From positions 896,001 through 960,000 of the forward strand of contig JAYQLI010000035.1 of NCBI GenBank assembly GCA_038143065.1: 64,000 nt of DNA. Reading direction: 5' to 3'. The notes under the pieces were generated by a model. That model worked only from the letters and a program-made list of their open reading frames with translations, was not told the origin of the DNA and did not search any database. Source of the DNA: Rhodospirillales bacterium. GTDB lineage: Bacteria; Pseudomonadota; Alphaproteobacteria; Bin95. This document shows positions 32,355 to 44,026 of the stretch, in pieces (positions within the stretch are counted from its first letter, which is position 1; each line of letters opens with the position of its first letter). The position numbers and the translations under genes were made by a program.

Positions 32355-33467
32355 ATGACGCAACCATTCTTCCGCCAAAAAGACCAAATGCTTGGTGAGC
32401 GTCCACCTCCCGGTTCAACCGTGGGGATCGTGGGCTGGCTTCGGACCAATCTATTCTCAAATTGGATCAACTCTCTTTTAACGATCCTATCCCTTTATAT
32501 TCTATGGTCATCAGTACCATCCCTGATCGAATGGGCTTTCCTAGAGGCTCAACTGAGTGGTGAAGACCGTTTTGCTTGCTCAGAGGGAGGAGCATGCTGG
32601 GCCTGGCTTGATCAGCGCATTGGACAGTTCCTCTATGGCCTATATCCTTCAAAAGAAACCTGGCGCATAGACATTGCGTTCGTCCTTTTATTTCCCGCTC
32701 TCGCGCCTTGGCTTATTGAAAATGTCCCAGGGAAAACGTGGCTGCGCAGGTTTTCATTCATTTACCCATTTATAGCAGCGTGGCTACTGGTAGGCGGCTG
32801 GTTTGGTATCCTCGACAGTGTCACTACTAATAACCTTGGCGGGTTCGCCCTCAATCTAACTGTGGGCCTAGCAGGCATTGTCTTGTCTTTACCCGTTGGA
32901 ATTTTACTCGCTCTGGGTCGTCAGTCGCGATTACCTCTTATTCGGTGGTTCTCAGTCATCTTTATCGAGACCGTCAGAGGTGTTCCTCTTATTACTCTTT
33001 TGTTCGTTTCGAACATCATCCTTCCAATATTTCTGCCGCCTGATGTAGCTCTAGATGCGGTAGTCCGGGTCATTATCATGGTGAGCGCATTTGCTTCTGC
33101 CTACATGGCTGAAGTCATCCGTGGTGGGTTACAGGCAATACCGAAGGGGCAGTACGAAGCCGCTGCTGCAATGGGCTTGAGCTATTGGCAATCAATGAGG
33201 CTGATTATACTCCCTCAAGCGCTTAAGATATCTATCCCAGGTATAGTTAACACTTTTATCGGTCTTTTTAAGGACACCACCCTAGTGATTGTAATTGGGC
33301 TGTTTGATATTCTTGGAATTGCTAATGCCATGGTATCGAACCCAGACTGGCTCGGCCTGTCTTCGGAAACCTATGTTTTCGTCGCCCTATTCTTCTTCGC
33401 AGTTTGTTTTTCAATGTCTCGCTACTCAATCCGCCTAGAGCGCAAGCTCGACACGGATAAGCGCTGA
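32355..33467 (+). CDS. aapM: Amino acid ABC transporter permease
   Basis: [51 protein letters not shown]. Confidence 0.93.
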   Translation: MTQPFFRQKDQMLGERPPPGSTVGIVGWLRTNLFSNWINSLLTILSLYILWSSVPSLIEWAFLEAQLSGEDRFACSEGGACWAWLDQRIGQFLYGLYPSKETWRIDIAFVLLFPALAPWLIENVPGKTWLRRFSFIYPFIAAWLLVGGWFGILDSVTTNNLGGFALNLTVGLAGIVLSLPVGILLALGRQSRLPLIRWFSVIFIETVRGVPLITLLFVSNIILPIFLPPDVALDAVVRVIIMVSAFASAYMAEVIRGGLQAIPKGQYEAAAAMGLSYWQSMRLIILPQALKISIPGIVNTFIGLFKDTTLVIVIGLFDILGIANAMVSNPDWLGLSSETYVFVALFFFAVCFSMSRYSIRLERKLDTDKR

Positions 33468-33480
33468 TCGGAGGATAGCT

Positions 33481-34254
33481 ATGTCAGAAACTGACGTACG
33501 CCCAGAGACACAGCCAGGTGGTCCATCCATTCAAATCACGGGCCTGAATAAATGGTTTGGAGCGTTCCACGTCCTCAGAGATATTGATCTAGAGGTGGCG
33601 CAAGGAGAACGCATAGTCGTTTGCGGTCCTTCTGGCAGCGGCAAATCTACTCTAATTCGCTGCATAAATAGGTTAGAAGAGCATCAAGAAGGAAAAATAA
33701 TCGTCGATGGCGTGCACTTAACCAACGACTTGAAGCAAATTGATGCAGTTCGCAGTGAAGTAGGGATGGTTTTTCAGTCTTTTAATCTTTTCCCTCATCT
33801 TAGCGTTCTTGAGAACTGCACACTGGCACCAATATGGGTTCGTAACCAACCAAAAGCTGAGGCTGAAGCCGCAGCTATGGAGTATCTAGAAAGAGTAAAA
33901 ATCCCAGAACAAGCCAACAAATTTCCTGGCCAGTTATCGGGTGGGCAACAACAGCGCGTAGCCATTGCCCGTTCACTATGCATGCGCCCAAAGATAATGC
34001 TTTTTGATGAGCCAACTTCTGCATTAGATCCAGAGATGATCAAAGAAGTCTTAGACGTAATGGTAGACCTTGCTGAAAGCGGTATGACAATGCTCGTTGT
34101 CACACATGAAATGGGCTTCGCCTCGCAAGTAGCAGATCGAGTGATTTTTATGGATGAAGGACAAATAGTTGAACAGAACTCTCCGCAAGAGTTCTTCAAT
34201 AACCCTCAATCTGACCGAACAAAACTCTTCTTGAGTCAAATTCTCAGTCACTAG
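33481..34254 (+). CDS. aapP: Amino acid ABC transporter ATP-binding protein
   Basis: [39 protein letters not shown]. Confidence 0.95.
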   Translation: MSETDVRPETQPGGPSIQITGLNKWFGAFHVLRDIDLEVAQGERIVVCGPSGSGKSTLIRCINRLEEHQEGKIIVDGVHLTNDLKQIDAVRSEVGMVFQSFNLFPHLSVLENCTLAPIWVRNQPKAEAEAAAMEYLERVKIPEQANKFPGQLSGGQQQRVAIARSLCMRPKIMLFDEPTSALDPEMIKEVLDVMVDLAESGMTMLVVTHEMGFASQVADRVIFMDEGQIVEQNSPQEFFNNPQSDRTKLFLSQILSH

Positions 34255-34345
34255 AAAACTTTTGTGGCTGTTAGCAGTGCGAGCCACTAGACTCTTTATC
34301 AAACCGTAATGTCACGCAATCCTCTATTTAGAAACACAGATACAA

Positions 34346-34798
34346 ATGCAGAAAACGATTGTAATAGGCTCGGATCACGCAGGCTTTCCGATGAAAGTTG
34401 TCGTTATTGAGGCTATCAAAGCTAATGGGTTCGATGTCCAGGATGTTGGCTCATTTGACGATAAGCCGGTTGATTTTCCTGATATTGCTCGCGATTTATG
34501 CAGGAAAGTGCTGGATGGAAAGGCATTCCGTGGAATAATGGTTTGTGGAACCGGGGTCGGCGCAGTAATTGCTACTAATAAAATTAAGGGTATCAGATCT
34601 GCAATGGTCCACGATATTCATTGTGCCCATCAATGCGTAGAACATGATGACGTCAATGTAATGTGTGTTGGCGCTAAGATTATTGGGCCCTGGCTGGTAG
34701 CTGATTTGGTTGATGCTTTTCTTGCAGCTAAATTCAATGCCACCGAAGAACATGTTCGTAGAGTTGAAAAACTGGCATCAATAGAAAACTTAGATTGA
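34346..34798 (+). CDS. rpiB: RpiB/LacA/LacB family sugar-phosphate isomerase
   Basis: IGSDHAG, CGTGVG, NKIKGIR, EHDDVNV, H.RRV.K. Confidence 0.88.
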   Translation: MQKTIVIGSDHAGFPMKVVVIEAIKANGFDVQDVGSFDDKPVDFPDIARDLCRKVLDGKAFRGIMVCGTGVGAVIATNKIKGIRSAMVHDIHCAHQCVEHDDVNVMCVGAKIIGPWLVADLVDAFLAAKFNATEEHVRRVEKLASIENLD

Positions 34799-34804
34799 TC
34801 CAAA

Positions 34805-35725
34805 ATGAATCCTAAGATTCTCGTTTTTGGATCCATAAACGCAGACCTAGTTTTTCCTGTAGAAAGCTTACCTACCAAAGGCGAGACTGTACTTGGTGCC
34901 AACTACTTTTTTCACCCTGGAGGTAAAGGCGCTAACCAAGCGGTAGCAGCGGCGAAAGCTGGAGCAAATGTTGCTTTCATTGGTTGCGTAGGTAAGGACG
35001 GCTATTCGGAAGAGTTAATAGCCTCTCTGAAAAGGGCTAACGTTGATACATCACACATAAAACAGGGTGAAACACCTACTGGTTGTGCAGCAATTGGTGT
35101 CGATTCATCGGGTGAAAATCAAATAATAGTTGCGAGTGGGGCTAACTTGGAAGTTCTGGCATCCCAAGTTCCAGACCATCTAGTGAATTCCTCCACCATT
35201 GTTGTTCTCCAAATGGAGGTTCGTCCATCAGAGAATTGGTCCTTGATCCAAAGAGCAAAAGCCCAAGGCGCAACAATAATTTTAAACGTCGCGCCTGCTA
35301 GTCAGGTGCCTACGGACGTCTTATCCAAAATTGACTTCTTGGTAACCAATGAGCATGAAATTAATATTTTATCCAAAGGGTTAGGTATTCAAGACACCAA
35401 TCCAATTGAAGCCGCTCAAAAAGTTTCTCAGCTAACTAAGAACACGTGCATTCTGACTTTGGGAGCATGTGGCGCATTTGCGTTTAACCAATCAGAGACC
35501 CTCAAAATACCAGCATTAGAATTAAATCCGGTTGACACAACCGCTGCAGGCGATTGCTTTGTAGGATGGTTAGCTGCACGTTTATCTGGGGGAGACAATC
35601 TGGACCAGTCTATGCGTTGGGCATCCATTGCTGCGGGGAAGACGTGTTTAGTATCAGGAGCGCAAACGAGCCTGCCCTCCTTTGATACGGTTAAGCAGAC
35701 ATTCTTGGAACTGCATCCACAATAA
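34805..35725 (+). CDS. rbsK: Ribokinase
   Basis: GSINADL, PGGKGANQAVAAA, NEHE, VDTTAAGDCFVG, GAQTSLP. Confidence 0.92.
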   Translation: MNPKILVFGSINADLVFPVESLPTKGETVLGANYFFHPGGKGANQAVAAAKAGANVAFIGCVGKDGYSEELIASLKRANVDTSHIKQGETPTGCAAIGVDSSGENQIIVASGANLEVLASQVPDHLVNSSTIVVLQMEVRPSENWSLIQRAKAQGATIILNVAPASQVPTDVLSKIDFLVTNEHEINILSKGLGIQDTNPIEAAQKVSQLTKNTCILTLGACGAFAFNQSETLKIPALELNPVDTTAAGDCFVGWLAARLSGGDNLDQSMRWASIAAGKTCLVSGAQTSLPSFDTVKQTFLELHPQ

Positions 35726-35752
35726 GTTCTGGGAATTAAAGTTGATAAAAGG

Positions 35753-35837
35753 TGGTGCGGACCGCCGGACTTGAACCGGCACGACCGAAGTCGACAGATT
35801 TTAAGTCTGTTGTGTCTACCTATTCCACCAGGCCCGC
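35753..35837 (-). tRNA. tRNA-Leu (anticodon TAA)
   Basis: GCGGGCCTGGTGGAATAGGTAGACACAACAGACTTAAAATCTGTCGACTTCGGTCGTGCCGGTTCAAGTCCGGCGGTCCGCACCA; long variable arm, encoded CCA. Confidence 0.96.
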
Positions 35838-36183
35838 ATGATCTCACATTAACAGTAAAAGGGTCGCAACTTCCACACAAAAGTAAGACGAAAAACGATC
35901 ACTACCCTTCACAGTTGTGGAATACGACAGTCGTCTGATTATGTACATATTTTTCATGTTTTTTTATCAATTTACTCAATTTTCATTTCCCTATTCTCTT
36001 GAAGCTCAGTTCAAAAAATACGGGATGTTTGATAATTTCTCTGTTGAGCTAGTAAACAGTCGCCACCAACACGTTTGAACCCATATACCAATTACAGATA
36101 TATCTATTCTAAATAGTATATTTTTTGAATTACGGCCTATGGTATTTTGAATTATAGGTATAGCTTTCCCAGCTCAACCTCAT

Positions 36184-37086
36184 ATGAGGGCAATTATGAT
36201 TCCAACCGCCCAAACGGGCCAAGACAGGCCCGCTTTGGGCATCGCTCTTATGATTTTTGCTCTTTTCGTCCTTGCCAGCATGGATGCGGTTGCAAAGCAT
36301 TTGACGGAGTAATTAGCTGCCCCGCAAATACTAGTTGTCAGATTTTGGATCTTTCTGACATTTGCATCGTTGATAGCAAGTAGACGTGGCTTGAAGAGCG
36401 CGGTTCGCTCCCAAAAACCCAAGTTACAAATCATCCGGACTATAGTTTTAGTTGTCGAAATGACGATGTTTCTTGTTGCCTTCTCATTTCTGCCACTCGC
36501 GGAAGTACATGCGATTGCTGCCGTGTCTCCGCTTATAGTTATGGCTCTCGCGGCCATTTTTCTGGGAGAACGTATTGGACCAAGAAGGTGGGCGGCTGTT
36601 GGCGTAGGTTTTGTCGGAGTAATGCTAATTATTAGACCAGGTGCCGGTGTCTTTGATCCTATCTCTTTGTTAGCCCTTACTGGTGCATTTGGATGGGCAA
36701 CCTATCAAGTATTGCTCAGAGCTGTTTCCCGCATTGACCAGCCAGATACAACAACACTTTATACAGCGGGAATTGGCGTTATCTGTTTCAGCTTAGTCGC
36801 TCCTTTTTTTTGGGTAACTCCCACAGCTGAAAGTTGGATGTGGCTTGGCGCAGTGGGTATTCTTGGTTCAGTAGGTCACTTCTTGCTGCCGACTGCTTTC
36901 AAGTTTGCACCAGCATCAACTTTACAACCATTTGCTTACACAATGCCGGTGTGGGCGGTAATTCTCGGATGGATTGTTTTCGATCACATCCCCGACGCAA
37001 TGACATTAGTAGGTGGTGGGGTTGTTATAAGCAGTGGCTTGTTTGCAATCTGGCGCGAAAGAGTGGCTGAAACTGTCCAGCAGTGA
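36184..37086 (+). CDS. DMT/EamA family transporter with an in-frame TAA at 36310-36312
   Basis: The frame is continuous from ATG 36184 (..GIALMIF...SMDAVAKHLTE*LAAPQI..) into ORF 36370-37086. Motifs FLGERIGPRRWAAV, APASTLQPF. Confidence 0.85.
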
Positions 37087-37191
37087 ACAACACATCTGCT
37101 ACAGGCCCTTGCTTCACAGATCTTTTTATAATCACAATATTTGTGTCTTTAGGCTAAATTTAAGTTCACTTTTGTTTCACTAATTCTAAAA

Positions 37192-38445
37192 TTAATTTTC
37201 ATTTTCCAGAGCGTTTGTAATTTTTGATATACGCCTCCGAGCCCATGCCCAGGCAATTAAGCAAAGGCATGCACCAATAACAACGGGTGCCTGCAATCCT
37301 ATAAATTCAGAAGCAAAACCCATCACTAATGCACCAGCTGCAGGCCCAGCCCTAAAACATAGCCCATACAAAGACAGCACTCTGGATAATACTGATGCAT
37401 CCGTCGAACGCTGTATGAGACTTTGCATGGCAACTCCAGAAATCACCATAGCGGCACCAGACAGAGATGCGCCAAGCAGCCCAAGCCAGAAAATGTTTGT
37501 CGATGCAAATATAATGGCGGAAAACGCCAGCAATAAAACACCATCGATAGCAAATCGAGTTAGCCCAATAAAACTACTGCGCCCCCCGATCCAAATTCCC
37601 GCGAAGATAGCACCAATACCAACTGCGGCAGTCAAGGCTGCCAACCCATCCACCCCATAGCCAAATATTTTATCTGCAAAGCCAGGTAAGAGCTCAACAT
37701 AAGGGCGAACAGTTATAGCATTAGCAATTAACAACAGTAGGATTGGACCTACGCCGGGATGTCCTGCGACGTAAGAAATTCCCTCCTTCATATCGGATAA
37801 TAATCCGGCTTCTTTTGCCTTAACCGCCACAGAGCTTGGCAATACTATGCGGTTAAGCGCAAACAGAAAAAATAGATATGAAATCGCATTAAGCCCGAAT
37901 GCCCAACCAGGGCCAGCTTGCGCAATCACAATACCCGCAACTGCAGGCCCAATGAAACGAGCCGTGTTCCATAAAATTGAATTAGTTGCGACTGCAGCTG
38001 GCAGATCTTCGGGCCTCACAAGCGAACGGACCATCGAAAGTCTCGCAGGCTGTCCAAATGAAACTACTACGCCCGCAACGGCGTTCAGCACTAACAATAA
38101 AATTGGAGTTATAACCCCTAACAGCGTCAGAATAGCCATTGTCAGCGCTACTAGACAAAGAAGAGACTGGTTAATCCGTAAGAGCGTTAATCGGCTGACG
38201 CGGTCAGCAACAGCACCACCTATTGGCCCCATAAGAAGTGAAGGAGCAAGTTCTGCAGCAGCAATGGCCCCAAGCCATGCTCCAGATTCAGTCAACTCCC
38301 AAGCGAGCCAACCGACTGCAACTCTTTGAATCCAAGTGCCAATCAGACTAAAGGCATTGCCAGTCTGGTAAATTCTATAATTTCTGTTTGAAAAGGCTCG
38401 ACCAATCCCACCTGTATGGGTGGCAAACCAGTGGGCCAAACTCAC
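37192..38445 (-). CDS. MFS transporter
   Basis: RNYRIY..GN..SLIGTWIQ.VA.GWL, GAVADR, PAR.SMV, ARFIGPA. Confidence 0.92.
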   Translation of the reverse strand: MSLAHWFATHTGGIGRAFSNRNYRIYQTGNAFSLIGTWIQRVAVGWLAWELTESGAWLGAIAAAELAPSLLMGPIGGAVADRVSRLTLLRINQSLLCLVALTMAILTLLGVITPILLLVLNAVAGVVVSFGQPARLSMVRSLVRPEDLPAAVATNSILWNTARFIGPAVAGIVIAQAGPGWAFGLNAISYLFFLFALNRIVLPSSVAVKAKEAGLLSDMKEGISYVAGHPGVGPILLLLIANAITVRPYVELLPGFADKIFGYGVDGLAALTAAVGIGAIFAGIWIGGRSSFIGLTRFAIDGVLLLAFSAIIFASTNIFWLGLLGASLSGAAMVISGVAMQSLIQRSTDASVLSRVLSLYGLCFRAGPAAGALVMGFASEFIGLQAPVVIGACLCLIAWAWARRRISKITNALENEN

Positions 38446-38451
38446 TATTAT

Positions 38452-39312
38452 TTAATCCGTGCGAATACCCTGTGCGCGAACAAAGCGGCCTAAATTTTCC
38501 CGCTCGGCAGTAGAGACCTGGCGTGCCTTATCTTCAGACCAACCATAAAACTCTGCTTCACCGTAGACTTTGTTCAGACGCCGGCTAACTGACGGAATAG
38601 AAAAACGTTCGTCCCGACGTTTGTCATACCCTGCTACTTCCTCGGCAAGGTCCCAATCATCATAACGATCTGTATGAACGGTAACCTTCGGCGGAAGGCG
38701 CATCGAAATAAAGCCTTCCTGGGATGGCCATCCTAAGCAAAGACCCGCAACAGGAAACGTGTATAGCGGTAATTCCAAAATATCTCTAATTGCGTCTACG
38801 TGATTTCGCACAACACTTACGGGACAAACCCCAAGGCCCTTGGTCTCAGCTGCTAGAGTAAAGGTTTGCATTGCTAAGGCTGCATCAACGGCCGCATTCA
38901 AGAAGGCGTCCAGATGATCGTTGGCAAACGGCTTACCACGATGCTCGCAAATTCGGCGTATACGACGACTGTCACCAATCCAAATCATGAAGACTGCAGC
39001 ATTGCCTATCCATGGCATTGAAGGGATCAGATCCTGAATTGCTTGACGCTTATTTTTGTCCTTCACAACTACAACACTGGCCTGCTGTAAGTCTGATTTT
39101 GCGCTCGCTGAAAAAGCTGCTGCAAATAAGACATCTAGCAGGTCGTCAGAAACAGGCTGGTCTGTATATCGTCGGTGTGTTCTACGAAGGATGATTTGCG
39201 CCAAGGGGTCGTCAATTGGCATGTCACTGCCACTATTGCCATTACCAACCACTCCTTCGCCATAACGATGGGCGATAATGTCAGCAAGCGAGTTAAATGA
39301 CGATTCAGACAT
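38452..39312 (-). CDS. NfsA/FRP-type nitroreductase / NADPH-flavin reductase
   Basis: RRTHRRY, SASAKSDLQQASV, VDAALA, AAE..GLG.C, PVAGLCLGWP, RLP. Confidence 0.9.
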   Translation of the reverse strand: MSESSFNSLADIIAHRYGEGVVGNGNSGSDMPIDDPLAQIILRRTHRRYTDQPVSDDLLDVLFAAAFSASAKSDLQQASVVVVKDKNKRQAIQDLIPSMPWIGNAAVFMIWIGDSRRIRRICEHRGKPFANDHLDAFLNAAVDAALAMQTFTLAAETKGLGVCPVSVVRNHVDAIRDILELPLYTFPVAGLCLGWPSQEGFISMRLPPKVTVHTDRYDDWDLAEEVAGYDKRRDERFSIPSVSRRLNKVYGEAEFYGWSEDKARQVSTAERENLGRFVRAQGIRTD

Positions 39313-39531
39313 AAGTTGTTGCCCTCAATTAGATCTAGTTGTCACCGGTAACACTAAAGAGGCAATCGTTTATGGAAAAGCTTCTTATTGCAGTTAGACC
39401 CTCGTCTTGTGAATGGGAGGCCCATGAATGTACCTCCCATCACACAGCACCTTAAATGCAGACTTTCTTCGGCCCTTTAATTTTCAATGCCTCTAGTTGA
39501 CTTGTGTATACTGATCGACCTTGCTTCACGC

Positions 39532-40444
39532 TTAAATTGGGTCCCAGGAAAAATACTCGCCAGTACCATCTAAGCTGGTTAGTTCATTCCGGATCGAAGG
39601 CTCGACGGTCGCCGCCAAAGCTTCATGGGTCCAACCCCACCATTGTGGATCGTCTTCACCGGTCTAGGTTGATTGAAAAGATAAATTTCATTTCCGCGAA
39701 CACCAAACACTTGTCCGTTTATTCCAGAGGCAGTATCACTGCACAGGTAGCTAACCACAGGGGCCACGTGCTCTGCGGTCGCTCCAGTCCTAAAAGCCTC
39801 AAAGGCACGAGCTTGCTCTTCTGATTTTATTGGAATTGACTCAATCATGCGGGTCCAAGCAAATGGCGCCACGCAGTTAGATCGAATACCTTTGAAGCAC
39901 CTTCCATCGCAATCACTCGTGAAAGGCCCATAATCCCCATTTTAGCTGCAGCATAATTTGCCTGTCCAATTTGCCCCACCAACCCAGAAGTTGACGTGAA
40001 GTGCACAAATGAACCAGCCTCCTTCTCACGCATATGCTCCACTGCAGCGCGCGAAACATTAAAGCAACCGTTAAGATGCACGTCTAACACAGCCTGCCAC
40101 TGCGCAGTTTCCATCCTATGGAACATTCCATCTCGGAGAATGCCGGCGACATTAACTACACAGTCTATCGCTCCAAATGCATCCATTGCAGCCTCAACCA
40201 TGCGCTTTGCGCCTTGGGGTTCTGAAACACTATCCGTGTTAAAAGCTGCTTCGCCACCAGCCTTTTGGATATCTTGGGCTGTTTCTTCAGCTGGCCCGGC
40301 ACTGCCCTCGCCTCCATCTAAAGCTGCGCCCAAGTCGTTCACCACAACTTTTGCTCCTGCCTTAGCCATATCGAGTGCAATTGCGCGCCCAATTCCACGA
40401 CCAGAACCCGTTACTAAAGCTACCTTCCCGTCCAAAATACCCAT
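39532..40444 (-). CDS. SDR family oxidoreductase, hydroxyacyl-CoA dehydrogenase-like (frameshifted)
   Basis: TGSGRGIG, VVVNDLG, AGILRD, GQANYAAAK, APFAWTRM; the tail ends ...WDPI*. Confidence 0.9.
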
Positions 40445-40606
40445 TGAATTGGTCCCTACACTTTTGAGTTGAATCTCACTAACTCCCTGAGAGACCCCAC
40501 GCCACACTGCAAGTCAATGCCTGAATGTTTAACAATTGATTGTTTAAAGTCGTGTATCGGCCTAAATAAGCTTCAGTCGAAGCAGAGGCAGACATCAGGA
40601 GCTACT

Positions 40607-42509
40607 ATGTCTCATAGTTATGACGACTTGCATGCGCAGTCTATTGAAGATCCAGAGAGCTTTTGGGGAGAAGCAGCTAAAGCAATAGACTGGTTCAAAC
40701 CTTGGGATACTGTTCTTGACTCTGAAGATTCCTGAATTTCCTCGTCGTTGGTTCAGGGGAGCAGAAACCAACACTTGCTTCAATGCTTTAGACCGTCATG
40801 TTGCTGCAGGGCGCGGTGAGCAAGTTGCCATTTACTATGATAGCCCAATTACTGATAGCAAAAGATCTATCACATATGCAGAGCTGCTAGATCAAACAGC
40901 TCGGTTTTCTGGAGTGCTGCAAGAGCTTGGTCTGACCAAGGGCGACCGAGCAATAATTTATATGCCAAATATCCCAGAAACAGCTGTTGCGATGCTAGCC
41001 TGCGCTAGAATTGGTGCAATACATTCGGTCGTTTTTGGAGGATTTGCCGCTAGCGAGCTTGCAGTTAGAATAGAGGACAGTGGCGCAAAGATTATAATTG
41101 CCGCTTCCTGTGGAATAGAACCTGGGCGGATCGTCGAATACAAGCCTTTGCTAGACGGTGCCTTAGAAATCTCAAAGCACAAGCCTGACCATTGCGTAAT
41201 CATCCAACGAGAGCAATCTAAAGCTGGCATGATTGACGGGCGTGATATTGACTATCACTTAGCGATGCAAACGGCCAAACCAGCAGATTGTGTTAGAGTT
41301 GCAGCTCTAGATCCCCTTTACATCCTCTATACATCAGGCACCACAGGACAGCCAAAAGGTGTAGTTCGTGATACTGGCGGCCATATGGTGGCTTTGTATT
41401 GGTCCATGAAGCATATTTATGGGGTTGAACCAGGAGAAACTTACTGGGCTGCTTCTGATGTGGGCTGGGTAGTTGGCCATAGCTACATTGTATATGCCCC
41501 GCTGCTTTACGGTGCTTCTACCGTGATGTTCGAAGGTAAACCAGTTGGCACACCGGACGCGGGCGTCTTTTGGCGAATTATCCAAGATTACGACGTGAAG
41601 GCCCTTTTCACTGCACCAACTGCCTTCCGTGCTATTCGTCGCGATGATCCCCAAGGCAAGCTAATCAAAACTTATGACCTATCTGGTTTTCGGACACTTT
41701 TCCTTGCAGGCGAACGTTCTGACCCCGACACCATACAATGGGCAGAAAAACAACTAGATGTGCCTGTAATTGATCATTGGTGGCAAACAGAGACAGGCTG
41801 GTCCATAGCGGCCAACTATGCCGGTGTCGAAATACTACCAATCAAGTATGGCTCTCCAACGAAACCAGCGCCTGGTTGGAATCTCTGCGTTCTTGATGAA
41901 GGTGGGCACGAAGTGGAGCCTGGTCAAATTGGTGCTCTATGCGCAAAACTACCACTGCCTCCAAGCTCATTTCCAACTCTTTGGAATGCGCATGACCGAT
42001 ACTTAAAGGCCTATTTCACGGTTTTTCCTGGATATTACGAAACTGCCGATGCAGGTTACATTGACGAAGATGGGTATGTTTTTGTCATGGCGCGGACTGA
42101 TGACATCATCAACGTGGCCGGACATCGACTTTCTACAGGAGCGATGGAAGAAGTCATCGCAAGCCATCAAGATGTCGCTGAATGCGCCGTAGTTGGAGTA
42201 GCTGATGAGCTTAAGGGTCAATCGCCAATTGGTTTCATTGTGTTATCTGCAGGTGTCAACCGCCCTCATGAAGAAATTCAATCTGAATGTGTTCAGTTAA
42301 TTCGAAAAAATATAGGGCCTGTAGCTGCGTTCAAGACGGCAATTGTAGTAGAGAGGTTGCCAAAGACTCGATCTGGCAAAGTTCTGCGTGGCGCAATGCA
42401 AAAAATTGCGGATAGCCAAACGTTTAAAATGCCTGCAACTATTGATGATCCGATTATTCTAGAGGAAATTGAAGAAGCTTTAAAACTTGCCGGTTACGCA
42501 AAAGGTTAA
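40607..42509 (+). CDS. prpE: Propionyl-CoA synthetase (frameshift near 40735)
   Basis: [66 protein letters not shown]. Confidence 0.93.
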
Positions 42510-42513
42510 TGCG

Positions 42514-43655
42514 TTGGTTACACAACCAAACATAGATTTAGGGCTTCCAGGAAAGCCAAAAAATTCCCGAGTAGTTGTGGCTATGTCCGGGGGTGTCGAC
42601 AGTACGGTCACGGCAGCCTTATTGCATGAGGCGGGCTATGATGTTGTAGGGATGACTCTCCAACTCTACGACTATGGTGCTGCGGTCCCAACGGAAAAAA
42701 CTTGTTGCGCTGGGCAAGATATTCATGACGCTCGCCTAGCCGCAGACCGTATTGAATTCCCCACTATGTCCTGGATTATGAAAGTCGTTTCCGAGAAAGC
42801 GTGATGGATGATTTTGCCGACAGCTATCTACGAGGGGAAACGCCAATTCCATGCGTACGCTGTAACCAAACCGTAAAATTTAAAGATCTTTTAGAAACAG
42901 CTCAGGATCTTGGTGCATCAGCTCTCGCCACAGGACACTACGTTCAAAGAAAAATAGGATCCAATGGAGCTGAATTGCACAGTGGAGCTGATCCCTCAAA
43001 AGATCAAAGCTACTTTTTCTCTTTTGCAACCACCCCATCACAGTTAGATTATCTTCGTTTTCCTCTTGGTGGGATGAGCAAAAGTGAGACGCGAGCTCAT
43101 GCGCATCGCTTTGACTTAGCAGTTGCAGAAAAACCAGACAGCCAAGATATCTGCTTCGTACCCAACGGTCGCTACCAAGATGTTGTAGCTAAACTTAGAC
43201 CCGGAGCCATAGAGCCTGGTGATATTGTTGACCTTGAAGGCAACATTTTAGGCCAACACCAGGGGGTAATTGGCTTCACGGTGGGTCAGCGTCGGGGCCT
43301 CGATATTGGTGGAACTACAGAGCCATTGTATGTGGTCAAAATATCAGCTGATGAACGGCGTGTTATTGTCGGGCCTCGAGCGGCTTTAGCTGCCAGGACA
43401 GTTTTGCTATCTGATCAAAATTGGCTTGGCTCAACCGACCCAAATGGTGCTCGGGTTTTAGTTAAATTACGCTCTGCATCGCCTCTTGCCGAAGCAACTT
43501 TAATAAAAAGTGAGGAAGGAAAACTCTCTGCTTTATTAGACGAACCTCAATTTGGCGTTGCGCCAGGCCAAGCGTGTGTTTTTTACGACGCAGAACAACC
43601 TAGCAGAGTATTGGGTGGCGGTTGGATTGTTTCTGCAGAGTCAGGATTTGGCTAA
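42514..43655 (+). CDS. mnmA: tRNA-specific 2-thiouridylase (frameshift near 42760)
   Basis: [53 protein letters not shown]. Confidence 0.96.
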
Positions 43656-43824
43656 ATACAGAGACAAAAGTTAGAAAAAATGAAAAATAAGACTCTTTTA
43701 CAAAAAGTCAGTTGTAAAATTTTACCCGCGACAATCACTTTCCCGACGTCTTTAACAAATTCAATATTCTTTTTACTTGTGGCACCATTAAATGGTTACA
43801 GTAGCCCTTTTGGTCTCAAGTATC

Positions 43825-43853
43825 TTGACAGCGTGACTGGCCCCGGCCATATA
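43825..43853 (+). promoter_or_regulatory. Sigma70-type promoter of tRNA-Met
   Basis: TTGACA-17 nt-CATATA, about 36 nt upstream of the tRNA. Confidence 0.7.
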
Positions 43854-43889
43854 CCCGGACCACGCAAGAACTTGGTTTCGCGTGGTTGT

Positions 43890-43964
43890 GGCGGGGTAGC
43901 TCAGTGGTAGAGCAGGGGAATCATAATCCCTTGGTCGGGGGTTCAAATCCCTCCCTCGCTACCA
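43890..43964 (+). tRNA. tRNA-Met (CAT), elongator type
   Basis: GGCGGGGTAGCTCAGTGGTAGAGCAGGGGAATCATAATCCCTTGGTCGGGGGTTCAAATCCCTCCCTCGCTACCA; lacks the initiator C1:A72 mismatch. Confidence 0.93.
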
Positions 43965-44026
43965 AATACATCCTGTAAGGGTTGGACTACTTTATCGACC
44001 GGGGCACTGCGTAAATCGCCCCAAAA

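Noticed and set aside
35700-36180. Genomic island at tRNA-Leu
   Set aside because: Flanked by ordinary metabolic genes, with no mobility genes or direct repeats.
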